A stretch of 64,000 bases of DNA. Source: Promethearchaeota archaeon. GTDB lineage: Archaea; Asgardarchaeota; Lokiarchaeia; Sigyniarchaeales; SOKP01. Position numbers and translations under genes: made by a program. The notes beneath the pieces were generated by a model that did no database searches, had not been told where the DNA came from, and saw only the letters and a list, made by a program, of their open reading frames with translations. Positions 53,488 through 63,624 of this stretch are shown piece by piece (the first letter of the stretch is position 1; each line of letters starts with the position of its first letter). The stretch spans positions 32,351-96,350 of the forward strand of contig JBHLNS010000007.1 of NCBI GenBank assembly GCA_048941285.1. The letters are read 5' to 3'.

Positions 53488-54582
53488 ATGGCGAATAAAA
53501 TTATTAATGTTGCCATAGTTGGAGTAGGTGATGTAGCCTCAGCTTTAGTGCAAGGGATTGAAAATTATAAAAAAAATCCGGAAAAAACTCTGGGTATACT
53601 TCCCGAGATTAACCAATATAGTCTTAGTGATATTAATTTTGTACTAGGTATAGATGTTAATTCAAATAAAGTTGGAAAAGATTTAAGCCAAGCTATTTTT
53701 GCAGAACCAAATTGTAATATGAAACTTTTTAAACCTGATTATTTGAATGCTCCGGTAATCAAAGGTCCCATAATGGATGGATTAGACAGTAACATTAAAA
53801 ATATAATTCCAGTAGATAATAATCAGCCCCCTGCAGATATTATTAATGAAATAAAAATCCGAAATATAGATGTTACTGTGATCTTGCTTCCAACGGGGTC
53901 TCATCAAGCTGTTAAATTTTATGCATTGAGTGCCCTCGAAGCGGGATCATGTGTCGTAAATGGAATGCCTTCATATGTTGCTAAAAATTCAGAAATTGTT
54001 GATAAAGCAGAGAAATGTAACCTATCTTTAATTGGAGATGATGTAAAATCACAAATTGGAGCGACAATTGTTCATAGAGCTTTAACCAATCTCTTTCCAA
54101 TGCGAGGTGCTATATTGGATAAAACCATTCAACTGGATTGGGGTGGATCTAGTGATTTTTGTAATCTTTTAACACCAATGCCAAGTGGTACTTTAAGATA
54201 CGAGGAGGGAAAACGACAATCTAAAACAGAAGCAGTAATTTCAAACCTTCAAAATAAAGAAATTGTGGATTGCCAAATTTCTGCTGTAGATTATATTCCA
54301 TTTCTAAAAAATCAAAAAGAAGCATATATGAGACTCGAGGGGCGAGTATTTGGAGGTGCACCAGTAAGAATTGATGTAACTATGTTTGTTGAAGATGGAA
54401 ATAATTCAGCAGGAATCATTGCAGATTCTATAAGAGTCAGTAAGATCGCAAAAGATAGAAATATCGGAGGTGTTCTTCATTCGGCTTGTTCTTTTTTTGC
54501 AAAACATCCTCCTGAGCAATTAGAGGATTATATTGCCAAGGAGAGACTTATAGAATTTTTAAAAAATAATCGAGATCGTTAA
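53488..54582 (+). CDS. ino1: myo-Inositol-1-phosphate synthase
   Basis: AIVGVGDVASALVQG, KVGKDLSQAIF, LPTGS, GDDVKSQIGAT, SKT, NSAG. Confidence 0.9.
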   Translation: MANKIINVAIVGVGDVASALVQGIENYKKNPEKTLGILPEINQYSLSDINFVLGIDVNSNKVGKDLSQAIFAEPNCNMKLFKPDYLNAPVIKGPIMDGLDSNIKNIIPVDNNQPPADIINEIKIRNIDVTVILLPTGSHQAVKFYALSALEAGSCVVNGMPSYVAKNSEIVDKAEKCNLSLIGDDVKSQIGATIVHRALTNLFPMRGAILDKTIQLDWGGSSDFCNLLTPMPSGTLRYEEGKRQSKTEAVISNLQNKEIVDCQISAVDYIPFLKNQKEAYMRLEGRVFGGAPVRIDVTMFVEDGNNSAGIIADSIRVSKIAKDRNIGGVLHSACSFFAKHPPEQLEDYIAKERLIEFLKNNRDR

Positions 54583-54620
54583 TTAGTCTTTAGGTTCATA
54601 ATCGATAAATATTCCAAATT

Positions 54621-55535
54621 TTAGCCTCTAACTGAAGCACTTATTTTATACATTTGTTGTTGCAATTCTACTATATTGTATATATAATCCGATATTAAAC
54701 TTACTGCCTCAGGGATGCTTCTAAAACTTGGAAAATCATTAATATCAATAATATATGGTTTTCCTTCATTTGTTAATACATAATCAACACCAAAAATAGA
54801 GAGTCCCATTTTTCGACCCAGTCGTAAAATACGTCTCTTCAGTTGTTTTTCAATTGGCACGCGAATATGAATTAATTCTAAGGGAGATAGATATTCTTTC
54901 TGTTTTAATCGATTATGGGAAGTAATTGAAACAGTCCATCGCCCTATAATATATACTTTATAAATAATATCAAATTTGCCCAAAAATTCTTGAAAAAATA
55001 ATTCATTTTCATCAAAACCCCTTGTTAATTGTTTAAATTCGGAACAGTCTTTTGCTATACCTATAATTCTATCATCTCTTGGGAGTCTAGGAATATTATG
55101 CTTATCTAATTTAATAACTAATTTTGTTCCATTAGAGCATGCTTCAAAAGCTTCATCAAATGTATAAAAACAACGAGGGAAAATAGGTTTCTTATATTTT
55201 TGCTCAACACTTCTAAATGTGTGTTTTCTACTTTCACATATTTGAACCGCGTCTAAACTATTTAAAACAGGGATCCGAGGTGTTACTTGTTTAATGGTTT
55301 TGTAAATTTCTTGATTTCCCTTTTCAGATAATAACTTAACAATAATAAATGAAATAGGGTATTTTTTAATTTGTTTCTTGAAGTGTTTGGCACTAAATGT
55401 ATTAGAATCTTTTTTTAGAAGATTAACTATAGAGATATTATAGTTTTTCTTGCAGAACTTTTTGATCTTATCAAAAATTTCGAGATCACGATTACAAATA
55501 GAGCCTATGTAAATTCTACTAAGCTTATTTGACAA
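54621..55535 (-). CDS. ATP-grasp protein, ITPK1-like inositol phosphate kinase 2
   Basis: QEFL, YKVYIIG, GLSIFGVDYV, YIIDINDFPSF. Confidence 0.75.
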   Translation of the reverse strand: MSNKLSRIYIGSICNRDLEIFDKIKKFCKKNYNISIVNLLKKDSNTFSAKHFKKQIKKYPISFIIVKLLSEKGNQEIYKTIKQVTPRIPVLNSLDAVQICESRKHTFRSVEQKYKKPIFPRCFYTFDEAFEACSNGTKLVIKLDKHNIPRLPRDDRIIGIAKDCSEFKQLTRGFDENELFFQEFLGKFDIIYKVYIIGRWTVSITSHNRLKQKEYLSPLELIHIRVPIEKQLKRRILRLGRKMGLSIFGVDYVLTNEGKPYIIDINDFPSFRSIPEAVSLISDYIYNIVELQQQMYKISASVRG

Positions 55536-55785
55536 CCAAAAAACCCTATTTATTTTGATACATTATGAATAAATAATCTTATATAAATGTATTGTTTATG
55601 AATAAGCTTACAGATATTATAAATAAGAAGAATCTTCATAATTTAACAAGATGTAACTAAATCAAGTTTTAATTTTCAGCAAAATAATTTAAAATTTATT
55701 GATAAACGTATTTAAATTGTATATTTTTTTTAATTAATATTAAAGAGAAAGTGAGTTTTTTGAAAAGGATTTTGAGGGAGATTTA

Positions 55786-56601
55786 TTGAAAAAAATAGGT
55801 ATAATCATCGACAAATATCATTTGAAATATAAAGTTTCTGATTTCTTAAGTTATCTAAAATCTAAAGCAGAAATTAAACTTTATATTGAGGACTCATTTC
55901 TACTGAGTGCCTCGGAATTAGAATTTGAAGAAGATATATTTTTTGTTAAAGCAAAAGGTGATTTAGTCCTAAGTCTTGTAAAGTTACTTGAGGAAGAGAC
56001 ATCTATTCCAGTTATTAATTCTTATAGAGGTACATGGTTAGCAATTAATAGATTTTTAAATAGTTTGTATTTACAAAAAGCGGGAATACCTATTCCAGAT
56101 TTTTCATTAAATCCTAAAGGAAATCCCCCCCCATTTCGGGATTATATTATTAAAAATATCATAGATCAAAAAAATTATAAATTCATACCTATCATTCATA
56201 AAGAGGATGGACAACTAAGAGTTGCTGATGAGAGAGCTTTAAATGAAGTTGATAAAATCGATCCAAGATATAACTATTTATATTATCAAAAGTTCATCAA
56301 AAGTAAATGGGAATATAAGATCTATGGAATTGGTGAAAATGTTTATTTTTATAAACAAATCCCCATATTAGTTAATCCTAATAAGATGGAATCAAGGAGA
56401 AAAATCGATGAGATTCCTGAATTAAAAGAGTATTGCTATAAAGCAATGGAAATTATGGGCTTAAAATTGACTTCATTAGATTTTTTAAAATCAAAAGATC
56501 AATTTTATCTGACGGACATCAACTGCACTCCAAATTTTAATTATATTAAAAATGGGCACCAGATTGTAGCAGATTATTTATTAAAACAAGCAAAAATGTG
56601 A
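55786..56601 (+). CDS. ATP-grasp protein, ITPK1/RimK-like 3
   Basis: QKFI, YKIYGIG, GLKLTSLDFL, YLTDINCTPNF. Confidence 0.7.
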   Translation: MKKIGIIIDKYHLKYKVSDFLSYLKSKAEIKLYIEDSFLLSASELEFEEDIFFVKAKGDLVLSLVKLLEEETSIPVINSYRGTWLAINRFLNSLYLQKAGIPIPDFSLNPKGNPPPFRDYIIKNIIDQKNYKFIPIIHKEDGQLRVADERALNEVDKIDPRYNYLYYQKFIKSKWEYKIYGIGENVYFYKQIPILVNPNKMESRRKIDEIPELKEYCYKAMEIMGLKLTSLDFLKSKDQFYLTDINCTPNFNYIKNGHQIVADYLLKQAKM

Positions 56602-57404
56602 TTTTAATGGAAAATGTGAAAATAGGGATCCTTTCGAAAAGAAAAACAATGTTGACTGGCAGATTAAAGGTTTGCCTTGAGAATAAAGGATATAGCGTTT
56701 CAATTTATACCCTAGAAAATTTGGTGATAAATGAAACTCTTTTAAAGCAAGATTTTTACATATTGAAATCAAAAAGTCTTTTTTTTCTTTATGCTGGTTT
56801 TTTTTTAGAAGCAAATAATAAAATTGTTATTCCTTCCCCTCAAATTTCTTTTGTTCAGAAAAATCGTATCCACTCTCACTTTTTAATGAAAAAAGTTGGT
56901 CTTTTAACTCCAGATATTTATTTGGGGACTGCAGATACATTTAAGAATCAGTTAGATGTGGGAGATTTTCCCTTTATTTTAAAACCCATTATGGGTTCAG
57001 GAAGCAAGGGGGTTAGAGTTATTAAATCTTATAATGACCTAGAATCAAAAGATAATTCAATATTGTATTTAGAAGAGTTCATTAAAGGAATCCATTATAA
57101 TGTGTATTTCATAGATAATAATATTTGTACCTTAATTAAACCTCCATTAGCTCATGAACATGTTGATATGAAGAAAGTAGAAACACCAAATGATATAAAA
57201 GGTTTAATTTATAAATGGAGAAATTACTTTAATGGAGATCTTTTATTTGGGCATTTAGATATTGTAAGGGAAGAATCTAGTAATAAATTATATGTAGTTG
57301 ATCCAGGTTCATTTCCAGAGTTTTCAAATTGGAAGTGTGGTATTAATCCCGCAGAAACAATATGTAATTTAATAATTGATAAATATAGCCAAAAAAATAA
57401 ATAA
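56598..57404 (+). CDS. ATP-grasp protein, ITPK1/RimK-like 4
   Basis: FPFILKP.MGSGSKGV, LEEFI, GHLDIV, YVVDPGSFPEF; overlaps the previous stop (GTGA). Confidence 0.7.
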   Translation: MILMENVKIGILSKRKTMLTGRLKVCLENKGYSVSIYTLENLVINETLLKQDFYILKSKSLFFLYAGFFLEANNKIVIPSPQISFVQKNRIHSHFLMKKVGLLTPDIYLGTADTFKNQLDVGDFPFILKPIMGSGSKGVRVIKSYNDLESKDNSILYLEEFIKGIHYNVYFIDNNICTLIKPPLAHEHVDMKKVETPNDIKGLIYKWRNYFNGDLLFGHLDIVREESSNKLYVVDPGSFPEFSNWKCGINPAETICNLIIDKYSQKNK

Positions 57405-57433
57405 TTACTAATCCTAATAAGAAATTAGTAAAA

Positions 57434-58402
57434 ATGACTACACAAAAACAACTAGAAAAATACAAGATTTATGGAGAAAAACAAAAAGTCCGATTATACA
57501 AAATCAAACACTTCATCTTTGATTTTGGGGGGGTCTTGATTGAAAAAACATTTGTGTTGAAGAATTTATTTGATATGCTTGAAGCAGATTTAAAGATATC
57601 AATTCCTCGTGAGGATAATTCATTTATAAGAAAAATTAAAAGAAGTTTAAGTTCTGGGAGAATTTCTTCAAAAGAATTTTTAGAGAAAATTTTTGATAAG
57701 TATTATTATCCATTTCAAAAAAAAGATGGAGCCTTACCCCCAAAAAAAATAAATGCTGAATACTACGTCGAGTTATGGTTTGATCTCTACTCTCAGGTAA
57801 CAAATGTATCTTCAGAGATGGCAGAAATAATAGAACGTTTACACCAAGCAGATTATACTGTCAGTTTAATGTCAAATACTCACGATATCCATGCGAAATC
57901 AAATTTATTAAGAGGTTTTTACGATAATTTTGATCATGTTTTTTTATCGAATGAGATTGGAATGATAAAACCAGATATGGATAAATATAAGTATGTGTTA
58001 AAAAATTTAGATACAAAACCAAAAAGATGCGTTTTTATTGATGATAAAATCCAAAATCTGGTACCAGCTAGAGAATTAGGATTTATTGTAATTAGATTTG
58101 AATCATTTGAAAAGTTTAAAAAGCAACTAAATGAATTGGGTATTGGGGAAATAAGTAAAGATCTAAGGCATAAAATAAAGAAAAGATATAAAAAATACGA
58201 AAAAACGAAAAAGGAATATAAGAAAGCTAAAAAAGAATATAAGAAAGCTAAAAAGGATTATTTAAAGAAGAAGGGAAAATCTTTAAAGAGAAAATTAGAA
58301 TACCAACGAAAAAGATCTCAATATCGCAAAAAAAAGGCAGAATATAAGCAAGAGAAGGATAAAAAGGATAAAGAACTTGAAACTAAACTTAGAATAACAT
58401 AA
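57434..58402 (+). CDS. HAD-family phosphatase with Lys-rich C-terminal extension
   Basis: FDFGGVL, MSN, KPD, FIDD; about 80-aa K/R/Y/E-rich tail. Confidence 0.85.
   Translation: MTTQKQLEKYKIYGEKQKVRLYKIKHFIFDFGGVLIEKTFVLKNLFDMLEADLKISIPREDNSFIRKIKRSLSSGRISSKEFLEKIFDKYYYPFQKKDGALPPKKINAEYYVELWFDLYSQVTNVSSEMAEIIERLHQADYTVSLMSNTHDIHAKSNLLRGFYDNFDHVFLSNEIGMIKPDMDKYKYVLKNLDTKPKRCVFIDDKIQNLVPARELGFIVIRFESFEKFKKQLNELGIGEISKDLRHKIKKRYKKYEKTKKEYKKAKKEYKKAKKDYLKKKGKSLKRKLEYQRKRSQYRKKKAEYKQEKDKKDKELETKLRIT
58208..58261 (+). repeat. 21-nt tandem repeat encoding KKEYKKA heptads
   Basis: AAAAAGGAATATAAGAAAGCT AAAAAAGAATATAAGAAAGCT AAAAAGGATTAT. Confidence 0.8.
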
Positions 58403-58418
58403 GATTTTTTATATCTTG

Positions 58419-59504
58419 TTATTCTTGAGTGTCTTCTTTATTTTCTTGGTCCTTATTAAATTCCTCAACTTTTTTCATAACAGATTCAGATGGTATTTCT
58501 GGTATGGTAATTTTTTCAAAAAGTTCAATAAACTTAACATCACCAATGTCATCTGACATGTGAGTTTGAAGATCCATAGCTAAACCGAATTTGATATATG
58601 TTAAATTTTGAAAAAGAAACATTTTAGGGATAGTAATTTCAAGAGACTTAGTTTTAGGGTTGTAACTAATTTGAAAATCTTTAATATTTTCCTGGGGAAT
58701 TCCCTTGTTAATCATAAAATATTCTATTTTTTCATTGAAATCTTCGATTTTATTTATAATTTCTAAGTTATAATCAATACTTTGTCCTGCTAAAGGATGA
58801 TTATAATCAATAATAACTCTACCTTGAACTATATTAGTAACAGTACCTCGTTGTACCTGACCTTGAGATTGTTTAACAAACTCTTTTCCAATTTCTGGAT
58901 TTTTACCCTCATTTAACTTTCTGAATTTCGCAATTCCAATTCTCTCTATTTTTTGCGGATCTCGTTTTCCAAAAGCTTTTGTAGGAGGGATTCTTACAGA
59001 TTTTTTCTCAAAATAGTTCATCTCCTTAATAACTTCGGTGAGACCTTCATTTAGAAATCCTGGTTTTCCAACGATAACAAATTCGGGAGTATAATATCCT
59101 TGTTTCGCCTTTTTCTCATCATATATCCCTGCTTTTTTGGCATCTTCTTCAGAGGAAACTCTAAAAATTGTACCTTTTTGAGTACGAGCAGTTAGATTTA
59201 CTAAAACGAAATCTCCGTCTTCAACTTTTTTTCCTTGTAAATTTGTTTTTTTCTCTTCTGATTTTTTGATATCTTCTTCTATTTTTTTCTGATCTACTAC
59301 TGCCAAAGAGCCATCTTGAGAATTCTTTAACAATTCTTTTGCGCTTTCAACCATTTTTTCAGCTGTGGCTTTACCAATTCCTTTAAGCTCAACTAATTCT
59401 TCTATTTTTGAATTTGCAAGTTTTTCAACTGAATCTATGCCTGCTTCTTTTAACGTATCAACTTTTTTTCCTAATCCTTTAACATCTTCTAACTTAAGAG
59501 TCAT
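58419..59504 (-). CDS. Long-type archaeal FKBP PPIase with N-terminal helix-hairpin-helix domain
   Basis: LEDVKGLG...LKGIGKATAEK; GDFVLV, IPPTKAFGKRDP, IDYNHPLAG. Confidence 0.88.
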   Translation of the reverse strand: MTLKLEDVKGLGKKVDTLKEAGIDSVEKLANSKIEELVELKGIGKATAEKMVESAKELLKNSQDGSLAVVDQKKIEEDIKKSEEKKTNLQGKKVEDGDFVLVNLTARTQKGTIFRVSSEEDAKKAGIYDEKKAKQGYYTPEFVIVGKPGFLNEGLTEVIKEMNYFEKKSVRIPPTKAFGKRDPQKIERIGIAKFRKLNEGKNPEIGKEFVKQSQGQVQRGTVTNIVQGRVIIDYNHPLAGQSIDYNLEIINKIEDFNEKIEYFMINKGIPQENIKDFQISYNPKTKSLEITIPKMFLFQNLTYIKFGLAMDLQTHMSDDIGDVKFIELFEKITIPEIPSESVMKKVEEFNKDQENKEDTQE

Positions 59505-59697
59505 TTTGATTCATTTATGTGTATTCTTAAAAGTATAGTGCTATATAATAACGGTAATAATAATTGATTACTTATAGATTTTTCTAAAATAAAGGAATCC
59601 TTAAGAAGCAAGCTTATAGTATATCCCTTATTTTTAATTAAACAATTATATTCTATGAAATTATTCAGAAAGAGATTTCTCATTTATTAGAATAGTT

Positions 59698-60681
59698 TTG
59701 AGGTTAGTAATTATTAATAAAACAGTTATGATTAATAGAATTATGAGCGCGAAATTTTATAAAATTAGAAAGTATGATTCAACAGAATTTCCTACTTTGG
59801 TAACATTGTATAATCAAATGGCTAGATATTTGGACCCAGGAGCATTAGAATACACAGAAGAGCTTGCTTCAGTGTTTTTGAGTTCTACTCCTAATTTATC
59901 TGATCATACTTTGGTCTTTGAAAATAACCAAAATGAAATCATTGGTTTTTTGATTATTTTCCAAGTTCCACAACAAAAGGATACTTCTATGTGGTCTGCA
60001 GTATATGGAATAATACCAGAATATTTTAAAAGTGAGCTTCCAGGAGACTTAATTGAAGCCATCCTGACGTTAGGAATCAAACTAAAAGTTCCAGAACTCT
60101 TTATTGATACAATAGGAGAACTGTCAGCGCCTTTTGATGATAAATTAAATATATTAGGATTTAAACCAATTCATTATTATATCTTTATGAGTATAGATGA
60201 TTTAGATATAGTTCCCCCTCCAGATAATCCATCAGGAATCGTAATTCGAAGCCAAGAGGAAATTGTGGATTATAAAAGCGTAGTATCGGTAATTAACGAA
60301 GGATTTAAAGACTCTTTCATGTGGGCAGAAGTGAGACCCTCACGATGGAAAAGACAGGCCCAATCGTTTAAGAAAAGTCATATTGTTGAATATACCATGG
60401 CTTATGATAAAGAAAAAGTTGTGGGTTTTATTCAGAGCTATTTTAATATGAAAAAACCAAATATCGGCTTAATGAATACTCTAAGTGTTCTGCCTAATTA
60501 TCGCCAACGCGGAATTGGAAGTGCTTTATTCGCTACTGGAGCTGAATTTCTTAGAAATAGAGGGTGCGAAAAAATCGATTTAATGGTGGATGCTAAAAAT
60601 GAAAAAGCCGCAAGAATCTATGAGAAATTTGGCTTTTATTGGCAAAAAAACAAGACAATAAAGACTTATAAACTTATATAA
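59698..60681 (+). CDS. Tandem GNAT N-acetyltransferase
   Basis: LSVLPNYRQRGIG, NEKAARIYEKFGF; start may be 59728 or 59743. Confidence 0.85.
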   Translation: MRLVIINKTVMINRIMSAKFYKIRKYDSTEFPTLVTLYNQMARYLDPGALEYTEELASVFLSSTPNLSDHTLVFENNQNEIIGFLIIFQVPQQKDTSMWSAVYGIIPEYFKSELPGDLIEAILTLGIKLKVPELFIDTIGELSAPFDDKLNILGFKPIHYYIFMSIDDLDIVPPPDNPSGIVIRSQEEIVDYKSVVSVINEGFKDSFMWAEVRPSRWKRQAQSFKKSHIVEYTMAYDKEKVVGFIQSYFNMKKPNIGLMNTLSVLPNYRQRGIGSALFATGAEFLRNRGCEKIDLMVDAKNEKAARIYEKFGFYWQKNKTIKTYKLI

Positions 60682-60692
60682 CTTTCATAGAA

Positions 60693-61805
60693 CTAAGAAA
60701 CTGGTCTCCAGAGAATCCCTAATTTATCTGCATAATTTTTGACTTCTAGCATTTCTTGTGAAGTAGGTCGTCGATTTATTTCAGGAAACTTAGAGGCCTT
60801 CCATTGGGGTCGATATTGCCCCATAATATTTACAACAGCTTTTGGAAGTTCCTTAGCTACATAGTCTAATATTGGTTTAGAACAACATTCATTATGATTT
60901 GGCATAACTAAATGCCTAATACAAATTTCACCACTTCCTTCATCATGAATCCGTTTATGATTTCTAGCAACAAAATCAAAATAATTATCAATTCCAGAAT
61001 ATTTTTTTCCGCACTCATTATTCCCATATTTAAAATCAGGAAGCCAAAAATCCATAAAATCGATTATTAAGGATAAAGATTTATCAGTTAAGTAAAAGTT
61101 TGAATTCCATAGCTGACAAATGTTAGATTTTTGAAAATTTAAACTTCCTATAATTGTGTGAATATTGGGTATTGGATCTCCTCCGACATAATTAATGTTT
61201 ATTGCTCCTCTATCAACAAGCTTTTCTGCAACCGCAGCTAATTCTTTTGTATTAACCTTCTGAGCTACATCTTCAATTTTCTTTTTACCTTTCCAAGCTT
61301 GAGAAATATCATAATTCTGGCAGAAAACGCAACCAAAGTTACAACCTTGAAAAAAAATTGTGCCAGAAGGGATTAGGTGGGGTTCTTCGCCCATGTGAAG
61401 GAAAGCGGAAGAAATATATGAATCTTTAGATATTAAACAGAAGCCTTTTTTTCCATCTTTTCTATTAACTTCACATTGCCGCTCGCAAAAAATACAGCTT
61501 TCAAGATACTTATTAGCAATAGTTTCAGCTAAGTTAATATAAGAGCTTGTAGTAATCTTACGATTTTTAATTTCCTCGATATCTTTTTCCAAAAGTTCTT
61601 TGAATTCCAAGGATTTTTCTTGTAAAAGTTTTTCAAGATTTTCAATTGATTCATTTGAATTATATTCGCAATCAACAGTTTTAGCAATGAAGTACCTTGC
61701 TACTTGAGTGCCATCAATTATTCCTCTATACTTCGAAAATCGTTTTAGAATTTCTTGATTCTGCCAGACTGAAACGCTATCAGGGCGAAGAATTCTAAAA
61801 ACCAT
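60693..61805 (-). CDS. Radical SAM protein, PflX-like
   Basis: CIFCERQC, HMGEE, SGTIFF.GCNFGCVFCQN, PDFKYG, IRHLVMP, MGQYRP. Confidence 0.88.
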   Translation of the reverse strand: MVFRILRPDSVSVWQNQEILKRFSKYRGIIDGTQVARYFIAKTVDCEYNSNESIENLEKLLQEKSLEFKELLEKDIEEIKNRKITTSSYINLAETIANKYLESCIFCERQCEVNRKDGKKGFCLISKDSYISSAFLHMGEEPHLIPSGTIFFQGCNFGCVFCQNYDISQAWKGKKKIEDVAQKVNTKELAAVAEKLVDRGAININYVGGDPIPNIHTIIGSLNFQKSNICQLWNSNFYLTDKSLSLIIDFMDFWLPDFKYGNNECGKKYSGIDNYFDFVARNHKRIHDEGSGEICIRHLVMPNHNECCSKPILDYVAKELPKAVVNIMGQYRPQWKASKFPEINRRPTSQEMLEVKNYADKLGILWRPVS

Positions 61806-61830
61806 AATAAATAAGATTTAGTTTAATTTG

Positions 61831-62562
61831 TTACCTCTCAAAAGAAAGCCATTCAATAATATTTGACAAGAACTTAAGATTATCTCCAGCATCGAGCCCA
61901 TAATCACTGTCTTCGACCATCCATTCAGATGATCCTACAGTCACACATCTACCTTCATAAAATTCAGAAACTACACAAATTGGTACTGGTCCAATTATAT
62001 CTATTTCTTCATCAACATAGTATTTGAATTCCGCTTTTTCAGAAGTTACTATTATATCATCAACATCTTCTTCTGAAATTGTGAAGAATGTACTGTTAGG
62101 AAAGACAACTTCAGTAATTCCTTCTGTGATTGGATGGTTGAACAATTCTGTAATTAGAAGATTTTTCTTTTTTACTAAAAAATTAGAGGGAGCTTCTTGA
62201 ATTATACCGTTCCAAAATCTTCTAACACCTGTCATTTTATATAAGACTCTGATGGAACCTTTTTTCATAGGTATATCTTTATCACCACCTGCTCCACTCG
62301 TTAAAAGTAACCCTCCACCTTCTCCGATAAACCTTTTAATAGCTTTTAATTCTTCTTGAGTAAATTTGTCTTGACTCCCTTCATTAGAATGTTGGATATT
62401 TCCAATGAAAAGAACATCAAAATCTTCAAGCATATCAAATTCAATGGGTCCCTCATTTTTATCGATATAGCTAATTTCATAATCATCCTCACCGAGGCTA
62501 AACTCCGGAAACTCTTCTAATTTTTCTTTATGAGACAAATCCACTATGACTTCATAAGGCAT
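61831..62562 (-). CDS. GATase-like (DUF4350/IFT52 GIFT-like) domain protein
   Basis: DLSHKE, FTQEELKAIKRFIGEGGGLL, HPITEGI, GRCVTVG, NLKFLSNIIEWL. Confidence 0.65.
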   Translation of the reverse strand: MPYEVIVDLSHKEKLEEFPEFSLGEDDYEISYIDKNEGPIEFDMLEDFDVLFIGNIQHSNEGSQDKFTQEELKAIKRFIGEGGGLLLTSGAGGDKDIPMKKGSIRVLYKMTGVRRFWNGIIQEAPSNFLVKKKNLLITELFNHPITEGITEVVFPNSTFFTISEEDVDDIIVTSEKAEFKYYVDEEIDIIGPVPICVVSEFYEGRCVTVGSSEWMVEDSDYGLDAGDNLKFLSNIIEWLSFER

Positions 62563-62801
62563 TTTAATACACCGTAATATTTTTGTTTTCTATTGATTAC
62601 CACTGGTTTGAACTGATAATTCCAAGATCCTTTAAGAGATAATCCTTCTAATTTAAGAATTTGTAAATTATTTTGATAAAAATATGCTATTACTATTATT
62701 AAATATTTTCTTTTAAATTTTTTTAAAAGATAATTGTTAAAGAGAAAACTTTAATAGGAAGAAATTAGGATTTTAGGACGATAATGCATAGAAATTCAAT
62801 T

Positions 62802-63494
62802 TTATATCGGAATAAATTCTCGTTCAGCAGGTTTATCTTGATAAACTACAGCAATATCGATGCCATTTCCTGAAGCCATATCTCTTATTATTGAGGAAGT
62901 GACAGCCCTTTTTACAATCTCTTTACCTTCATTAATAGTTAAATTATCTTTATATCTTGCTTCTAAAACGCCATAAGAAAAATTCTGTCCACTTCCTACT
63001 GCACAATATTTTTGAGGTAAAATTGAACCATAAGCACTAATATCTAATAGCGAGGGCCCCTCTTCTTCAGTCACTCCTCCAAGCATAAGTCCCACTTCAA
63101 AAGGAAATAATTTATTTTGATATAAAACATTTGATAACATTTTTCCAGCAGATTTAACCATCATGGGCTTATCTTCATGCGCTAGTTGGTATATTGTTGT
63201 CTCAGCTTTTAAAATATCAACTAAGTATTGAGCATCTGCAACTCCTCCAGCTGTAGTCATCCAAAGATGTTCTTGAATTTTGTATAATTTCTCTGATATT
63301 TTACTTGCTATGAAATATGCCATTGTGGCTCTTTTATCTGTTCCAAAAATAATAGCATCTTTACAAATTAAACCTACTGTAGTAGTACCCGTTTTTAAAG
63401 TATTAGAAATGACTTTTTGATTTTTGGAAGTAAGGCTTTCAGTATTTATCACGAATTCAGAATTGATCGGCTTTATCAAATCTTCTTTTCTCAT
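62802..63494 (-). CDS. psmB: Proteasome subunit beta
   Basis: Propeptide then KTG|TTTVG, DKRAT, GSG, RDMASGNGID. Confidence 0.95.
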   Translation of the reverse strand: MRKEDLIKPINSEFVINTESLTSKNQKVISNTLKTGTTTVGLICKDAIIFGTDKRATMAYFIASKISEKLYKIQEHLWMTTAGGVADAQYLVDILKAETTIYQLAHEDKPMMVKSAGKMLSNVLYQNKLFPFEVGLMLGGVTEEEGPSLLDISAYGSILPQKYCAVGSGQNFSYGVLEARYKDNLTINEGKEIVKRAVTSSIIRDMASGNGIDIAVVYQDKPAEREFIPI

Positions 63495-63624
63495 AATTTC
63501 ATTAAAGAACTCTTATTTTTATAATTTTTTTTAATTTTTTATTAATCCTAAATTGATTATGTATTAATTTTCTTAAGACTTAATAACTTAATAAGAGTAC
63601 AATTTTAGAGTTTAAAAATTTAAA

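Noticed and set aside
59501-59683. 60-aa ORF between the FKBP and GNAT genes
   Set aside because: AT-rich divergent promoter region with no motif support
62544-62735. Stop-free minus-strand frame between psmB and the GATase-like gene
   Set aside because: No canonical start near its 5' end and no recognisable motif
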